Below, in pieces: positions 33,572 through 46,178 of a DNA stretch of 64,000 nucleotides. A program made the translations under genes and the position numbers. Source of the DNA: Cyanidioschyzon merolae (taxonomy: Eukaryota); assembly GCA_000091205.1 (NCBI GenBank), contig AP006496.2; one strand, given 5' to 3'. The notes under the pieces were generated by a model that ran no database searches, was not told where the DNA came from, and worked only from the letters and a program-made list of their open reading frames with translations. The stretch's first letter is position 1; every line of letters starts with the position of its first letter.

Positions 33572-35364
33572 GGCTGGGTTGCGTCAGGCGGCCTCCAGAA
33601 CAGCGTTACCGCACCGGTAACGAGCCCTGCCAAAGTTCGTGCCCTCAACTCGAACCTCTTTGAATGATCGCGTAACCGCAACGTTTACCTTCCGGAATCC
33701 CAGCCGCTGCCAAGCTTCGGGTGTACAAAAACACTGGGCAATAAGGCGCGTAACAGCAGCGGTACCACAAAACTGACCTTCGGAGCACCCGTCAAGTCAA
33801 CGTACCTGAACGAGCACGGGGCGCCAAGGCGTGCTATAGCAGCGCTGGTGAAACCTTGACTTTTTCGGGACTGTTCCGCTGTCAAGCTTTGCACGTGAAC
33901 GAGCACTGGGCAGCGAGTCGTGCGCTAGCCACAAGTCTGGGCACAGGTCCGGAACAAGTCGCTGCTAAGCGCACCTGTACTCGTGGCGCACACATAACTT
34001 CGGGATATTGCGAGGCCGCGGAAGCTTCACGACGCACGCCCGGACAACAAGGCTAGAGCGCAAGCGTCGGACTTGATGAGAACGTTCTTGCGATCGCTAT
34101 GTGTGTCAAGTGTGTGCAACCGAACGGAGGTAGTCGGTAGCTGTGGCGTGCACCGAACACGGAACGGAAGCCTGTTGGCTGCTTCTCGGGGTCGGTGCTG
34201 GAGGCCCAGTGGCGAACTCGTGCCCCCGGCGCTATGCCCAGGAAGATTGCCAGTTATTTTCTTTCGGTATTGAGCGGTTCGGTTCAGGATTTTGAGCAGT
34301 TGCTCAGTCGATGAAGTGCTGATCAAACTGCTTCCCGGAGAGAGAAAGTGACTACGATAGAGCGCGACTGGAAACGCAAGGTGCACTTTGAAGAGCAGTT
34401 CGTGGGGCCTGGTGCCTTGGTTGCTGAAGCGTTTCGGAATACGCGATACATGCTGAACAATGCATGGAGAGTACCTGAACACGAAACATGAATGACATAG
34501 CGTGAAAAGCTTGAAACCTGGCAGCACAGCGTACTGCGATGACAAGCCGATGTCACGTTAGTGTTGCATTCGAGCCCTCGAGCCTACAGGCGGCGACATG
34601 GATGCCTCTCCACCTACTCGAGCAGACCTGGACACTGCTGCTGATTGTTCTATAGCTTTCTTCGCGACCGTCGTGTCTAGAGCTTGAAAGGTAGAGTAGG
34701 ATCTGGAGGCTGCTGCTGGTTGCTCTGGGCTTTATTCTCCATTCTCGTTTCCAGAGTTTTAACGGTAGCGCCGTTCGTGTGGGCTCTGACATTGTCGCTG
34801 AAGGCCATGGCGCTGCTGGGTGTTGTCCGCTTTCGCGCCTGATCGTCGTTTCCAATGTGAGCAACCGTGGCCGTCGCACCGGGTCATTCAGAGTACCTGC
34901 ATCCAAGACCTGCCATGCGACGCACTTTTTGATGCACAGCGCGAGTACTTTCACTGGAATGCGTCATTTGTTTTCTGAGCGCGTTCCGGCTGTAGGCATC
35001 GGGGGCGCGTTCGAGTGTGCATCCTCGGAGAGACCGAGGCTATGTGCTTCCACACAAGAAGCGATCTTCTGTGCTCTGCGCACAAAGTTTCCCTTTACCG
35101 CAACGTCAAACTTCTGCGAAACGAACCCACCGATGGTATGGTCACCAAGACGCCGATTCGTATGATCCGTATCACAAGTGCGCGAAGCCGCCACTTGCAC
35201 AGAGACTTTATCCATACCGCTTGGGATCCTAACCGCCTCCGCGATGCCGTCGACTCGATGCAATCGGGTTTCCAACTGGAATATCCGCAGCAGCACTCTC
35301 AGGAGCGGACGCTGGCGTGCAGCGCCTCCTATAACAAAAACCGCTCCCGCATCGTCCGCGCGAG

Positions 35365-36204
35365 TCACTGCGACAACTCGCTTGACAAGAGCGAATCGAT
35401 ACGTTCCTTCCATTCCTGCACTGTCCACGAACTTGATGCATTTAATTCCGGAATACCATTGATGTGTACTGTGGGCGTCACGTGAACCCCGCGAACACGA
35501 TGGTAGCGACACGCGAACTTGACATCAGCACCGACTGCGTTCCCGCTGTTGCCGGATGCAGTGAGCAGGCGTTCCGTAATCAGCGACGCGGACGATACAA
35601 CGCCGGCTTTCGCCAAGCACTGTGCCAACTCCTCGTAAACTTGGCGACGTGTCTTGTCGAGTACTTTCTCATCGACCCAGTCTTCCTGCTGCGCGAAGAG
35701 TGCAGCGCTCGCTTTCCAGAAACCCGCATCACCACTCACTTGCCGCGCTGCTAACGCTGCCTCGTGCATGTAGCAGGTCTGAGCGTGCCACGGTTGCGGC
35801 ACGAGGCCGAACGCAAACTGCACCCGCGAATCAGCACGATAGTGTGGCAGAACTTCCTGCCAGAGCGTTAGAAAAGCTTTTTTGCTGTAGGGGCAGTTGT
35901 AGTCCAGGAACACTTCGACGAGTACCTGCGGGTACGGGCGCTCGCCATAGAACGGTACCGTCACCGGCCGCTTGGGTAGCGGTGTAGCTGTACTGGTCGC
36001 TGCCATTCGAATGTCGATACGCAAGGATTTCGATAATAGCTTGTGAGCGCTAGTCCACGCACGTGTGTGCGCAAATCCGTAATACCGTCCAGTGCAGGCT
36101 CGGGGAGTCGCTGCTGCCGTTACCGCTGGTCTGCCTACTATCGCTTTCGAAAGGCTCGGTAGCGTCAGATAAGCAGTGCTCGTTACTTGGCACGAAAGAC
36201 GCAT
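35365..36204 (-). CDS. DsbA-like thioredoxin-fold protein.
   Basis: 'VLVEVFLDYNCPYSKKAFLTLWQEV' is a CxxS/CxxC-type active site after beta1 of a thioredoxin fold. The following helical insert and '...VHVTPTVHINGI' are typical of the DsbA/FrnE-like family. The N-terminal ~60 aa look like a targeting peptide. Confidence 0.5.
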   Translation of the reverse strand: MRLSCQVTSTAYLTLPSLSKAIVGRPAVTAAATPRACTGRYYGFAHTRAWTSAHKLLSKSLRIDIRMAATSTATPLPKRPVTVPFYGERPYPQVLVEVFLDYNCPYSKKAFLTLWQEVLPHYRADSRVQFAFGLVPQPWHAQTCYMHEAALAARQVSGDAGFWKASAALFAQQEDWVDEKVLDKTRRQVYEELAQCLAKAGVVSSASLITERLLTASGNSGNAVGADVKFACRYHRVRGVHVTPTVHINGIPELNASSSWTVQEWKERIDSLLSSELSQ

Positions 36205-36736
36205 ATAGATCGGGACTCACGGTCCGCGAAGAACGTAAAGCAGTCTAGGAGGACGCTTGAGTGAACGCCAATAAAGCGGGCTCGGGGGTCGACGAGCGCT
36301 CTCGGGTGCGCTGAACGCGTTGCGCATGGTCCGGAGCACGTTTCTGGGGCACGGAGTGGAAGCCCATGCGCTTCTTCCCGATACCCCGGACAGCGTGTGC
36401 GTTTCGGAGAGCGCCCAGGGAGACTCGCGTACGACTCGTTAACCAGAAGGATAGCAGGTGCAGCGGCAGATGACGGTTCTGTGGAGGAGCAGCACGGTGC
36501 AGGTCGCTGAGCCTGGTTTGGGTCCAAGGAGTGCGTCCAGGCGCGAGCTGTTTCCGATAACCCCCAGTAGTCGGGTACCTGGAAGCGGCTAGCGAGGCTC
36601 GCTTCTGGACAAGGTACTGGGGGGCATGGCGCTCACCCAGACTGTTACTGAGGAGCGATGACGGAGCAGTTGGGGTGGGAGCTTTGCGGGCTTTGCTTGT
36701 CGCGAAGGATAGACGTTTTTATTCCCCATGGTTGTG

Positions 36737-39625
36737 CTACCAGGCCCGTTGAAGGCTTCCTTGTTCGAAGCGCCGCAGATCGGGGTAACGAACAGTGGCC
36801 CCGAGCCCAGCGCTAACACCACCTGGTTGTGAAGCTGCCGCCGCTGCTCCCGGAGCGGACGCAGACGATAGCGCAGCACCCGCACCTGCCGAGTCTTGCG
36901 GGTAAGGCAATCCCGCGTGGTAGCCAGTGAGTTGAGAGTTGATCGCGTTGAACATCTCCTGGAGTTTCTCGACACGTCGTCTTTCCTGGAGTAGTTCCTC
37001 GCGACGACGTTCGAGAGCTGCCCGCGCCTCAGCGATATTGAAGACATCGTTGAGGTCGCCGCCATAGAGACGGTCGAGCTTTTCGCGGCAGAAACGTGGG
37101 AACTCCTCTACAACTGGCATCAGGAAGAAGCAATTGAACTTGAGTTCTACAACTTTGGCAAAGTGCATCCGCCAGGCGTCGACAATATGGTCAACAAGCG
37201 AGGACACGACTGCCATGCTGGAGGGCGTCACGACGCGACTCAGGAGGAGGTCGTCCATGAACTGCAGGATGACTTCCTGAGCTGCAACGCGGCTGGGAAG
37301 GATCAGCTTACCATCCTTGCCGCGTTCTAGTTTCCGTGGCAGCATAACCCGTGACCCAGCGCTGCCTGCTAACCGCCCAGCAGCGGGATGCGCATACGCT
37401 TTCGCAGTTCCAGCACCTGCGCTCGTGCCGTCGGAGTCATGCGCTCCATATTGCTGACTCGCATAAAACTCATCCACTGCCTCGGAAGCTGCCTGTTCGG
37501 GACTAACCGGTGATCCGAATAGGCTCTCCTGAATTGCAGCCGGGGCGCCGAGCTCTTCAGCGACGGGCTGAAGGAAGCGCCGCAGTGCAGCCTTGCTGGG
37601 CTGGCTCAGGTTCCAAGTAACAAAACGCGTCATGCTCTCGAGGTCTTCGCGGCAAATGCGCTGCACGTTCGCGGCTGTTCGGTCCAAAAACTCACAGAAG
37701 ATCTGTTCCATAATGCGCCTGAATGGGATATCGAGTGCCTCGTTGAGGGTGAGATTATCACGCCTCATGATAAATTCGACGACCGGAAACATGCGTCGGA
37801 AAATATGTAGGCAACGCAGGGTTAGGCGCTCAAGGAGCGGATCGAAGGCATCGCGCGCTTTCTCCACCGCAATGACGCAAGCCGCTCGCATGTAGTTCGC
37901 ACCGTCGTGAGCGTCGTCGATACCAGTTGCGTTGACGATTTCCTCGGGTGTGACTGGTGGACGTTCCATCTCAGCGACAACAGTCTTAAATTCTCGGAGA
38001 GCGCGGTAGTACTGGGCACCACCAAAGAGCCGCGCTTCTTCGTTTTCCACGCGCGACTCGCCCCGGGACGAAATGGCCAGTCGTGCTATACCGCCAGCTT
38101 GCGCGGACTGAAGATTGGTACCAACACTTCCCAGGTCATGATAAGAGCCTCCACGAATGCGCTCATCGGCCAGAGATTCGCCCCAGAGTGTAGGCGGTGC
38201 GCGAATCGTGCCCTTGATGACGGCTGCGAGCCGGCGGAGAAAGTCTTCTGCGTAGACGCGCCCCTTTTCTTTTAGGCGCTCGAGACTCATGGACTCGAGC
38301 TCCTCGAGCGTGCGCCGGAGCGCCTGGTCGACGTTGCGGAACTCGCCCTGCAGCAAAGGCACTATAGATGGCACGCTTTGCATGTACCGAGTCTGCAAAA
38401 GGTCTTCCAGAAAAGCCCGTAACTTACTGACTCCTATGCGATCACGGAGCGCACGAGGAAGCGGCTTGCCGATTTTGCGCTCGATATAAGCACGATCTTC
38501 AGCTTCACGGCGGGCGATCGCTTGACGGAAGCGCTCGTTACTCTCAAAAACATGCTCCCGTGTATGGCCAACCCGCCCTGCCGGAACTGCCGTGTAGAAT
38601 GGACCTCCGAGAAGCTCCGGGTGGGCGTTCAGAACCGGGCGAGCGAGAAGAAACTGCTCAAGGTCGGCACCCAGTGCGAATTGTGGCAGCTTGGCGTCCA
38701 GCTTGGTGTTCACGAGCACCGTCCGAGACAAGTCCGGGTCGACCTGCATTGCAATACGTCGCGTCGTTGCCGTATGCCAGTCTGCTGTGTCCTCTAAGCA
38801 AAGGATGATGTACTCGGGGCGCGATATTTTTGCCAGCACCAGGTCTTCGACTTCGCGGCTCGCTTGAATAGCTTGTTGTTGCTGGGGATTTGCCCGGCGT
38901 CCAACCGGCGGTGGTGAGAGCAACCCCGGTGTATCAATAAGCGTCAAGTTTGGGCAGTATTTGTATTCTATGCGGATGATGATCTCCTCTGGGTCGAAGG
39001 AGCGAAACGGATCAGTTTCTAGTTTGAGATTCTCCGCCTCGATGTAGGCCTGGATTTCGGCAAGCGATCGCTGTTCTTCGCCTTGATCGGTGGAGAGAAA
39101 ACAGAGTGGCTGCGCACAGCGTGGATTGTACTGCATATGAAGCGTGACTGGCCGACGCGTTTTCGTGCCGCCACCGACGTGCGAGAACTGGAACCCAACG
39201 AGTGCCTCAATCAGTGCAGATTTTCCATCCGTTTGGTGGCCGATCACGACGATTGCAGGGGCGTCGAACGGTTTCTTGAAGTCCTGCGCCAGTGCATGCA
39301 GCAAGTTATATGCCGAGTAAAGCTCCTCGTGAGCAGAGGCGTTCAAAATCGTAGGATCCGCGTGTTCCCCTGACGTCGTGCCGAAAGACGTGCGGTTCAT
39401 CGTTCTCTCTTCGGCGAGTGGTGTACGCGGCGCGGCAAGACCTCCGCCAAGCGAGTTGTCGGCAACACGCGGCTGACGACGGCTCCCGAGCATTCCACTC
39501 GAATTCAAAGCGGCTTCGTTGGCATAGTTTGATGTACTCAGTCCACCACTCCCTGTACCGAAGTTTTCCCATGCGGGGTCAAAGTTCTCTTCCATTCCAG
39601 AGAGATTCAAACGCCTTGCGGTCAT
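36737..39625 (-). CDS. Dynamin-related GTPase (large, 962 aa); candidate organelle-division dynamin of the DRP5B/ARC5 type.
   Basis: GTPase domain 'IVVIGHQTDGKSALIEALVGFQF...GGGTKTRRPVTLHMQY' (G1), 'LTLIDTPGL' (G3), 'TKLDA' (G4). A middle domain follows, then a C-terminal GED-like coiled coil. No PH or PRD domain is obvious. The 962-aa length matches what I recall of the plastid-division dynamin of cyanidialean red algae; I cannot verify this. Confidence 0.9.
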   Translation of the reverse strand: MTARRLNLSGMEENFDPAWENFGTGSGGLSTSNYANEAALNSSGMLGSRRQPRVADNSLGGGLAAPRTPLAEERTMNRTSFGTTSGEHADPTILNASAHEELYSAYNLLHALAQDFKKPFDAPAIVVIGHQTDGKSALIEALVGFQFSHVGGGTKTRRPVTLHMQYNPRCAQPLCFLSTDQGEEQRSLAEIQAYIEAENLKLETDPFRSFDPEEIIIRIEYKYCPNLTLIDTPGLLSPPPVGRRANPQQQQAIQASREVEDLVLAKISRPEYIILCLEDTADWHTATTRRIAMQVDPDLSRTVLVNTKLDAKLPQFALGADLEQFLLARPVLNAHPELLGGPFYTAVPAGRVGHTREHVFESNERFRQAIARREAEDRAYIERKIGKPLPRALRDRIGVSKLRAFLEDLLQTRYMQSVPSIVPLLQGEFRNVDQALRRTLEELESMSLERLKEKGRVYAEDFLRRLAAVIKGTIRAPPTLWGESLADERIRGGSYHDLGSVGTNLQSAQAGGIARLAISSRGESRVENEEARLFGGAQYYRALREFKTVVAEMERPPVTPEEIVNATGIDDAHDGANYMRAACVIAVEKARDAFDPLLERLTLRCLHIFRRMFPVVEFIMRRDNLTLNEALDIPFRRIMEQIFCEFLDRTAANVQRICREDLESMTRFVTWNLSQPSKAALRRFLQPVAEELGAPAAIQESLFGSPVSPEQAASEAVDEFYASQQYGAHDSDGTSAGAGTAKAYAHPAAGRLAGSAGSRVMLPRKLERGKDGKLILPSRVAAQEVILQFMDDLLLSRVVTPSSMAVVSSLVDHIVDAWRMHFAKVVELKFNCFFLMPVVEEFPRFCREKLDRLYGGDLNDVFNIAEARAALERRREELLQERRRVEKLQEMFNAINSQLTGYHAGLPYPQDSAGAGAALSSASAPGAAAAASQPGGVSAGLGATVRYPDLRRFEQGSLQRAW

Positions 39626-42545
39626 GGCCGGGACAGCGCCAAACGCTTCGACAAGAGAGCGCCTCCTGGCATGCGCGCCGCCCTATCCGCTGTGGCGCCT
39701 TCATGTTTGGCGATTTGAAATTTCGAAAGCGCAGCGGCTGCCATCGACAGATGGCGCGAGCGCTGGAGGCGACAGCCATCGTCGAAAGTTCGTTCTGTCT
39801 CAAATTTTGATGCCTGTGTGCAGCAGCGAAGATCTGAAGCTCCAGCTCGTGGTCCCCGCAAGCGGGGCGCCTTCTATATACAAGGCTTGTGCGTCTTCCA
39901 AGTGCGAGGCGCAGAGAACGCTCGGATTCGTGAAAGAGCGCTTACCAGTGGCCTGCCGGCTGGCTCTGCTGCATACACGCGTGATGTAGAATGCCGGGCG
40001 GAAAGCTTGTAACGAACGTGGGCGCCTTCAGGTTCTACCATGTTCGGGGCGGTAAGCGCCAAGTGACTTGATCCCCTATCGATCCAGCGACACGCCGAGC
40101 GCTGAAACGTACGCGATACGGGTTTCTCACAGCCGGCCTCGTGCGGTTGGCGCCTCATAGTGGAATTTGGTGATACTTGCAGCAGCGAGCCAGCGAGTGG
40201 CGGAAGCGTACGGACTGCGCGAGGCGTCTAGCGTCACGCGGGGCCTCATGGAAGGCCTCGGGGCTGGCGCCTGGAGGTGATCCGCTGATGCAGCTCCAAG
40301 AGTATTATGCCTGAGAAGCACTGGAACGCTGTCATTAGGGTGATTTTTCACTCTTTGGCACAGGTCAGGTACTCTGCGGCAACGTGCGGAGCCAGTGTTT
40401 CCAAGACCATGAAGTTTGCTCCCGCCGTGAAAACGGGTGCAATGCTCGGCTCTGACTCCGGGCACCATCTCTGCATCCGCAGTGATCAGATCGGGTACTC
40501 TTGCTTTTGTGGTGCGGTCTTCGAATTTGCTCACCATTTTTTTAAAGCGATGCGGAATGTACACGTTACCATTGAGTGAAAGGCAGCAGTATCCGTACTG
40601 ATGCAGACAGACCTCTTATGAATTGTAGCGAATGGTGAGCAAGTAATGGGCAACGCCATCGTATTCGAATGCCGCGGATGGAACGGTTACGCGGCCGTGG
40701 AGATCTGCTCAGCAGATGATCCACAGCTTCTTTTCGGGAACAAAAACGTTTCTCGCCATACTCACCATGCATGCCGCTGGTTTGTTTCCAGAGCATTCCA
40801 GTACCTCACTGCGAGTCGCCGGTGAATCGCCTGCGGGCTGTATGATGGCGCGGTGGCGCTCCCGAAACCTGCGGATCTAGACACCCACTTGAACGCTCTC
40901 CTAAAGTCAGTTTCCTGCGTGCTTCGCATGTCGGCGATCGAATCGCCGTCCTTGAGCTCTACGTACTACAGCCCGATTTCTATCATATGCACTCGCCCGT
41001 TCGGTTATCATCGACCAATGGCGAGGATATCAATCCTTCATGATGGAACGGAAGACCTGAATCCTTGCCCCCAGAAAAGGGATCGGTTTGGAATCCACTG
41101 GGCCCCGCAATGCACTTCAGCTTGGACCCTGGTTCCCGTTGAATTCGCGTTCGCATTGTTCTTGGCAGCTAGGCTCGCTGAAGCCAGTGTGCAAGCATGC
41201 AGCTCGCTCGCCCACGAGCTACCGACTCTCTCTTCAGACTAGAAATATGTTGGCCTGGGAGCCAGAAATTTTTACATCTCCATGATTATCGCGCGGCAGG
41301 TGCGTGCGAGAGTATCTCCGACCTCCGTAAAAGTTTGACGCCTCGACGAATACTACTGAACTGGTTCCGTACCTAGATTGACGGCGGACCGAAAGCTGTT
41401 CGTTCCCAGTCCACAAATGGAGCATATTTTGCATCGAGCAATATTTTGGTGAACGTACTGCTTCGCGCTGTTCCAGCCGATCACGACAGAAGCGTTGCTG
41501 GCCAGCGCGATGCGTGTCATCCGCCTCACCCGATCGCATGCGTGCACGCAACACAGCACTGCGGCATCTGTTCCGATATGTCCCCGAATGAAGTGCTATA
41601 CTTTACCAAACGGACAGGCAAGGCTCGATTGGGTTTCCTGCCGTCTGCCCAGGATGCCCCGGACGACGCACGCGATGCGAGGTGTCGACCCCAAAATCGG
41701 CATGGACGCTGTCAAATGCTAGGCTAGGCGCTTCCACAGCGCAAGTCCGTCAGCGCATACGTGTCCACCGCTGCGCTGTGCAACGACAGGCTCGCATTCA
41801 GCGCCAACGGCCGATCCATCCTTGAACAGTGAACCCGCTTCGCAGAATTTGATACCAAAGAGGCATCGCCAGCGCAACAGTGATCCCGGCGCTTCCCGAT
41901 GTCTGCGTGTGTAGCAGAGCGCACGCCAACCGCACCCGTCACACGCGGCATGGGAACGCTAGGAGTGCAATGTACCGTTGCTCGATCACCGAGTCGCGCC
42001 AGAGCCCCAGCCGCGACTTGGAGATCGTGCGCCTCATCGGACACCTGAACGATCTGCGGGACGCATTTCCCGTTCACCGTTCACACTGGGAGCGAACATT
42101 CGCCCTCAAACGCTTACGGATTCCCATTATGCTAGCCATTTCGTGCAGTCCGCAGCCGCCTAGCCACGCACCCACAACGTTACCTGGTTGTCAAAGCGTG
42201 GCCGTGCGAATGTGCATCGATCGCCGCGCACGCACGCATGCGGCCGGCGGCGCGTCTACGATGCTGTAAGGATCTGCGATCGCGAGCGGCGCTTCTGTGA
42301 CATTCGTGCCGTTTAGGACGCGATCGTTACACGCGCCGTGCAGCGGCCAGCGCACGATCGTTTGGATTCAAATTCCCCCGCGTGTCGCGCAGCAGGCGGG
42401 GCGATTCGCGCGCGCGCAGCGCGGGCTGTGCACTGCGGCCGTTGCGCGGCACTGCTGTGCAGGTAGTGCGCTACGTTGTTGGCGTTCGCTACCGAAACCG
42501 CGACCCAAACGTTTCCTTCTCTTGCTGGTGAAGAAAGAATAGGTC

Positions 42546-43931
42546 ATGCGTGAGATACTGCATATTCAGGTTGGTCAGTGTGGAAACCAGATCGGGCGCA
42601 AGTTCTGGGAAGTGATCTCCGAGGAGCATGGGGTCGACGCCCAAGGCTTCTATCACGGCGACTCGGAGCAGCAGCTCGAACGGATCAGCGTCTACTACAA
42701 CGAGGCTAGCACTGGTCGCTATGTCCCGCGAGCGGTGCTCGTTGACCTTGAGCCAGGGACGATGGACGCAGTGCGCGCTTCCGAGTACGGTACGCTTTTC
42801 CGGCCCGATAACTTTGTCTACGGTCAGTCCGGTGCTGGGAACAACTGGGCGAAGGGTCACTACACAGAAGGTGCTGAGCTTGTTGACGCAGTGATGGATG
42901 TTGTTCGTAAGGAGTGTGAGAGCTGCGAGTGTCTGCAGGGATTTCAGGTTACGCACTCTCTCGGCGGCGGCACTGGTTCCGGCCTTGGGACGCTGCTTAT
43001 CAGCAAGATTCGCGAGGAGTATCCCGATCGGATGATGTGCACATACAGCGTGATGCCGTCCCCAAAAGTGAGTGATACTGTTGTGGAACCGTACAATGCA
43101 ACGCTTTCGATCCATCAACTTGTCGAGAACGCTGATGAGGTATTCTGCATTGACAATGAGGCACTCTACGATATTTGCCAGCGCACGCTGAAACTGACGA
43201 ATCCATCATACGCGGACCTGAACAAGCTGGTTTCCGGTGTGATGAGTGGAATCACCTGTTCCCTTCGGTTCCCTGGCCAGCTCAACTCAGATTTGCGCAA
43301 ATTGGCTGTCAATCTCATTCCCTTCCCGCGCTTACACTTCTTCTCGGTCTCCTTGGCGCCTCTGACGGCAACTGCAAGCACTGCATACCGTCACCTGTCT
43401 ATTGCGGATCTGACGCAACAAATGTTTGATGCGAAGAACCAGTTTGTGGCCTGTGATCCACGCCAGGGTCGTTACCTCACAGCAGCGGCTTACTTCCGCG
43501 GCTCGCGTATCTCGACCAAAGATGTCGATGAGCAGATGAGCATGGTGCAGAGCAAGAACTCGGCGTACTTTGTCGAGTGGATTCCGCACAATATCAAGAG
43601 CTCCGTGTGCGGCGTTCCACCGAAGGGTCTCGATATGTCCTGCGTGTTCGTCGGCAACACGACTGCCGTGCAAGAGATCTTCAAACGGGTCGGGGAGCAG
43701 TTCTCTGCCATGTTCCGGCGCAAAGCTTTCCTTCATTGGTACACAGGCGAAGGCATGGATCCCATGGAGTTCACAGAAGCAGAGAGCAATATGAATGACC
43801 TCGTAAGCGAGTACCAACAGTACGAGCAGGCCGTAGCAGAGGACGAAGATGAAGACGTTGAGCAGGAGTTTGGAGCCTACAGAACTGGCGAAGAGGACAG
43901 AACAGCTATCGAAAGCTCGATCATGAGTTAA
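42546..43931 (+). CDS. TUBB: Beta-tubulin (divergent).
   Basis: '[17 protein letters not shown]', 'GGGTGSG', '[10 protein letters not shown]', '[23 protein letters not shown]', '[37 protein letters not shown]'. The acidic C-terminal tail is present. The ORF is a single exon. I estimate ~80% identity to canonical beta-tubulin, with many substitutions in 250-300 and the H1-S2 loop. Confidence 0.95.
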   Translation: MREILHIQVGQCGNQIGRKFWEVISEEHGVDAQGFYHGDSEQQLERISVYYNEASTGRYVPRAVLVDLEPGTMDAVRASEYGTLFRPDNFVYGQSGAGNNWAKGHYTEGAELVDAVMDVVRKECESCECLQGFQVTHSLGGGTGSGLGTLLISKIREEYPDRMMCTYSVMPSPKVSDTVVEPYNATLSIHQLVENADEVFCIDNEALYDICQRTLKLTNPSYADLNKLVSGVMSGITCSLRFPGQLNSDLRKLAVNLIPFPRLHFFSVSLAPLTATASTAYRHLSIADLTQQMFDAKNQFVACDPRQGRYLTAAAYFRGSRISTKDVDEQMSMVQSKNSAYFVEWIPHNIKSSVCGVPPKGLDMSCVFVGNTTAVQEIFKRVGEQFSAMFRRKAFLHWYTGEGMDPMEFTEAESNMNDLVSEYQQYEQAVAEDEDEDVEQEFGAYRTGEEDRTAIESSIMS

Positions 43932-44708
43932 ACTAGCTATTTATCTGGTACATATCATTCATAAGCACATGTTTTTGCGTTGAAACCCGGTAAAACACTC
44001 ATGACGTTTTGTGTTGAATTGCAACCAGCACGTTATCGACCAGCTCTCGAACAAAACATCGCTTTATACGGGAGAAGTTGCTGCGGTATTGACCAGAGCG
44101 TACGAAAACTTGTGCAGGCAAAAAGTGTCTGGAGCGCGACATGCTCGGTACAAGGCAGCATCAGGAAGCGTACGGAGCCGCCGCTGCACACCGCGCCGGA
44201 CGCTCTTGACCTGAGATCAGCTCCTCGCCATAACGGATAATTCAAGTTCAGGTTTCGGCGTTACCAAAGTCTCCAGTGCGAAAGCATCTTTGGGCCACGG
44301 CTGTGAATGGCGAGACGCTTTTGTCGTCCAGTAGAGTTGCACAAGGCACTATTCAGAGCCACTTTCAAAGGCGACTGGGCTCGCGCTCAACACGCAGCGT
44401 GCACCTGGACAGCGCTCCTGAAGTTCATACAGAGCAAGTCCGGAACTCCTGTTCAGCACTTGCAGCGCACGTATAGAACATTCCCCAAGCGCCTACAGAG
44501 CTTTTATAGACCACCGCGCTCGAGTCCAGGCAGGCTCCGCTCAGCTGCATGGAACCTCAACGCCTCCGCTGAACTACAGAATCATCTCCGTTCGAGCGTT
44601 GACCTGTAGCCGGGCAGGATCCCGACATCCACCTGGCGTTGTCCTCGTGTGGTACTTTACATTACAGGAAACAGTTCCAATAGAAGGGCTGTTCTCAGTT
44701 TAGACTAC

Positions 44709-46178
44709 TTAACCGTACTGATCGTACTCTACACCGCTCGGGCAGTGCCGTACCCGACCACTCTCGGTTACCCTACCGACGATCTGAACACCGGGAACAC
44801 GCTCAGCCAACCAGCCACAGACCTGAGCAGCAGCGCTGGTTTCGACCACCAACACCATGCCCATGCCCATGTTAAATACACGATACATTTCCGCATCGCT
44901 GATAGATCCTGCAGCAAATTGCAGCCAGCGGAACTCCGGATGAACCGGCAACGGATTCTCAATATCAAAACCAAGATCTGATCGCCAACGCAGGAGGTTG
45001 CTGAGGCCACCGCCCGTGATGTGTGCGAGCCCGTGGAGCGCCTCATAGGAGCAAGGTGCTTGCGCGTGTTGCTCTCTGCAGAGACGCACAAGATCGGCTA
45101 TTGGGTTCACATAGATTGCCGTTGGGTACAGGAGCACCTGCCCCAGCGTGGTCATCGACCAAGTCGGTTGGTGCTCCTCGCCGGATACCATGAAACGCAT
45201 GCATGCTGACGCTTCTGTAGCTACATCGAAGGGTGGCGGTGCGTTCAGGTCAGCGCCTGAACGCGCCACAACTTTGCGAACCAGCGAATACCCGTTACTG
45301 TGAAGGCCCGATGAGGGCAGGCCTAGGAGCAAGTCACCTGGCTCGATGCGCCTACCGTCGAGCTGCGCTCCGCGTGGGAGCCAACCAAGCGCTGTTCCAC
45401 TCATGTCCAAGTGGGTCACCATATCCGGCAGACTAGCGGTTTCGCCGCCTGCTAGGGTAACGCGAGCAAGTCGACACGCTGCACCGAGTGCTTTCCCCAG
45501 TGTAGCCCAGAGGGCTGGTTCCGGATGCGGCGCTGCGATGTAGTCCACAAAGGCGAGTGGCTCCGCCCCGATACAAAGCAGATCGTTCACATTCATGGCA
45601 ACGCAATCGTACGGGATGCCATCATACAAACCGAGCTGTGTAGCGAGTACGAGTTTGGAGCCAACACCATCAGTGCATAGGGCGAGCAGTGTGTTTGGTC
45701 CAAAGTCGATCAAACCGGAGAAGCCCCCTAGTTGGTCGGCTGGCGCGCCTAGCGCAGGTGGGGTTCGGCCCGGTGCACCCAGCGCTTTGACAAGCGCTCT
45801 CACAGAGGCAGACTCGACGTCCAGATCCACGCCCGACTCTGCATAGCTCGGCGACGGAGCCGTTGCTTTTATCGCTGCAGCAGCAGCTATTCCAGGTCGT
45901 GTCCCCAGACCGCTTCTTCTGCGACAAACAAAGCGCACCGACGATCTCGAAGGTTGCGAATGACGTACTCGCGCTTTCACTTGGCGCGTGCTGGCCGCTG
46001 CTCGAAGACCAGGCGTGAAGAGCGCGTTCTTGAAGGCCACGATCGAGCGTTGACGTGAGGGCATTGCGAAGCGACCGCGTGAAGTGTTATGCTGTCTGGG
46101 GAATCCCGAAAACGCCTTTAATTGATTTCTCTGGTGCGCCAAACTTTCAAACTGCGTAAAATAGAGCGTTGTGTGCAA
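44709..46178 (-). CDS. purM: Phosphoribosylformylglycinamidine cyclo-ligase (AIR synthetase, PurM) with an N-terminal organellar presequence.
   Basis: 'GGFSGLIDF...LLALCTDGVGSKL', 'YDGIPYDCVAMNVNDLLCIGAEPLAFVDYIA', 'GGETASLPD', 'HITGGGL..NL' are PurM N- and C-domain signatures. About 100-130 aa of basic Ser/Arg-rich N-terminal extension precede them. Confidence 0.85.
   Translation of the reverse strand: MHTTLYFTQFESLAHQRNQLKAFSGFPRQHNTSRGRFAMPSRQRSIVAFKNALFTPGLRAAASTRQVKARVRHSQPSRSSVRFVCRRRSGLGTRPGIAAAAAIKATAPSPSYAESGVDLDVESASVRALVKALGAPGRTPPALGAPADQLGGFSGLIDFGPNTLLALCTDGVGSKLVLATQLGLYDGIPYDCVAMNVNDLLCIGAEPLAFVDYIAAPHPEPALWATLGKALGAACRLARVTLAGGETASLPDMVTHLDMSGTALGWLPRGAQLDGRRIEPGDLLLGLPSSGLHSNGYSLVRKVVARSGADLNAPPPFDVATEASACMRFMVSGEEHQPTWSMTTLGQVLLYPTAIYVNPIADLVRLCREQHAQAPCSYEALHGLAHITGGGLSNLLRWRSDLGFDIENPLPVHPEFRWLQFAAGSISDAEMYRVFNMGMGMVLVVETSAAAQVCGWLAERVPGVQIVGRVTESGRVRHCPSGVEYDQYG

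Noticed and set aside
34964-35512. 182-aa minus-strand ORF overlapping the 3' end of the DsbA-like gene; also 34027-34954 ORFs.
   Set aside because: It has no recognisable motifs, overlaps a better-supported gene in another frame, and has the Arg/Ala-rich composition of GC-driven noise. I left it uncalled.
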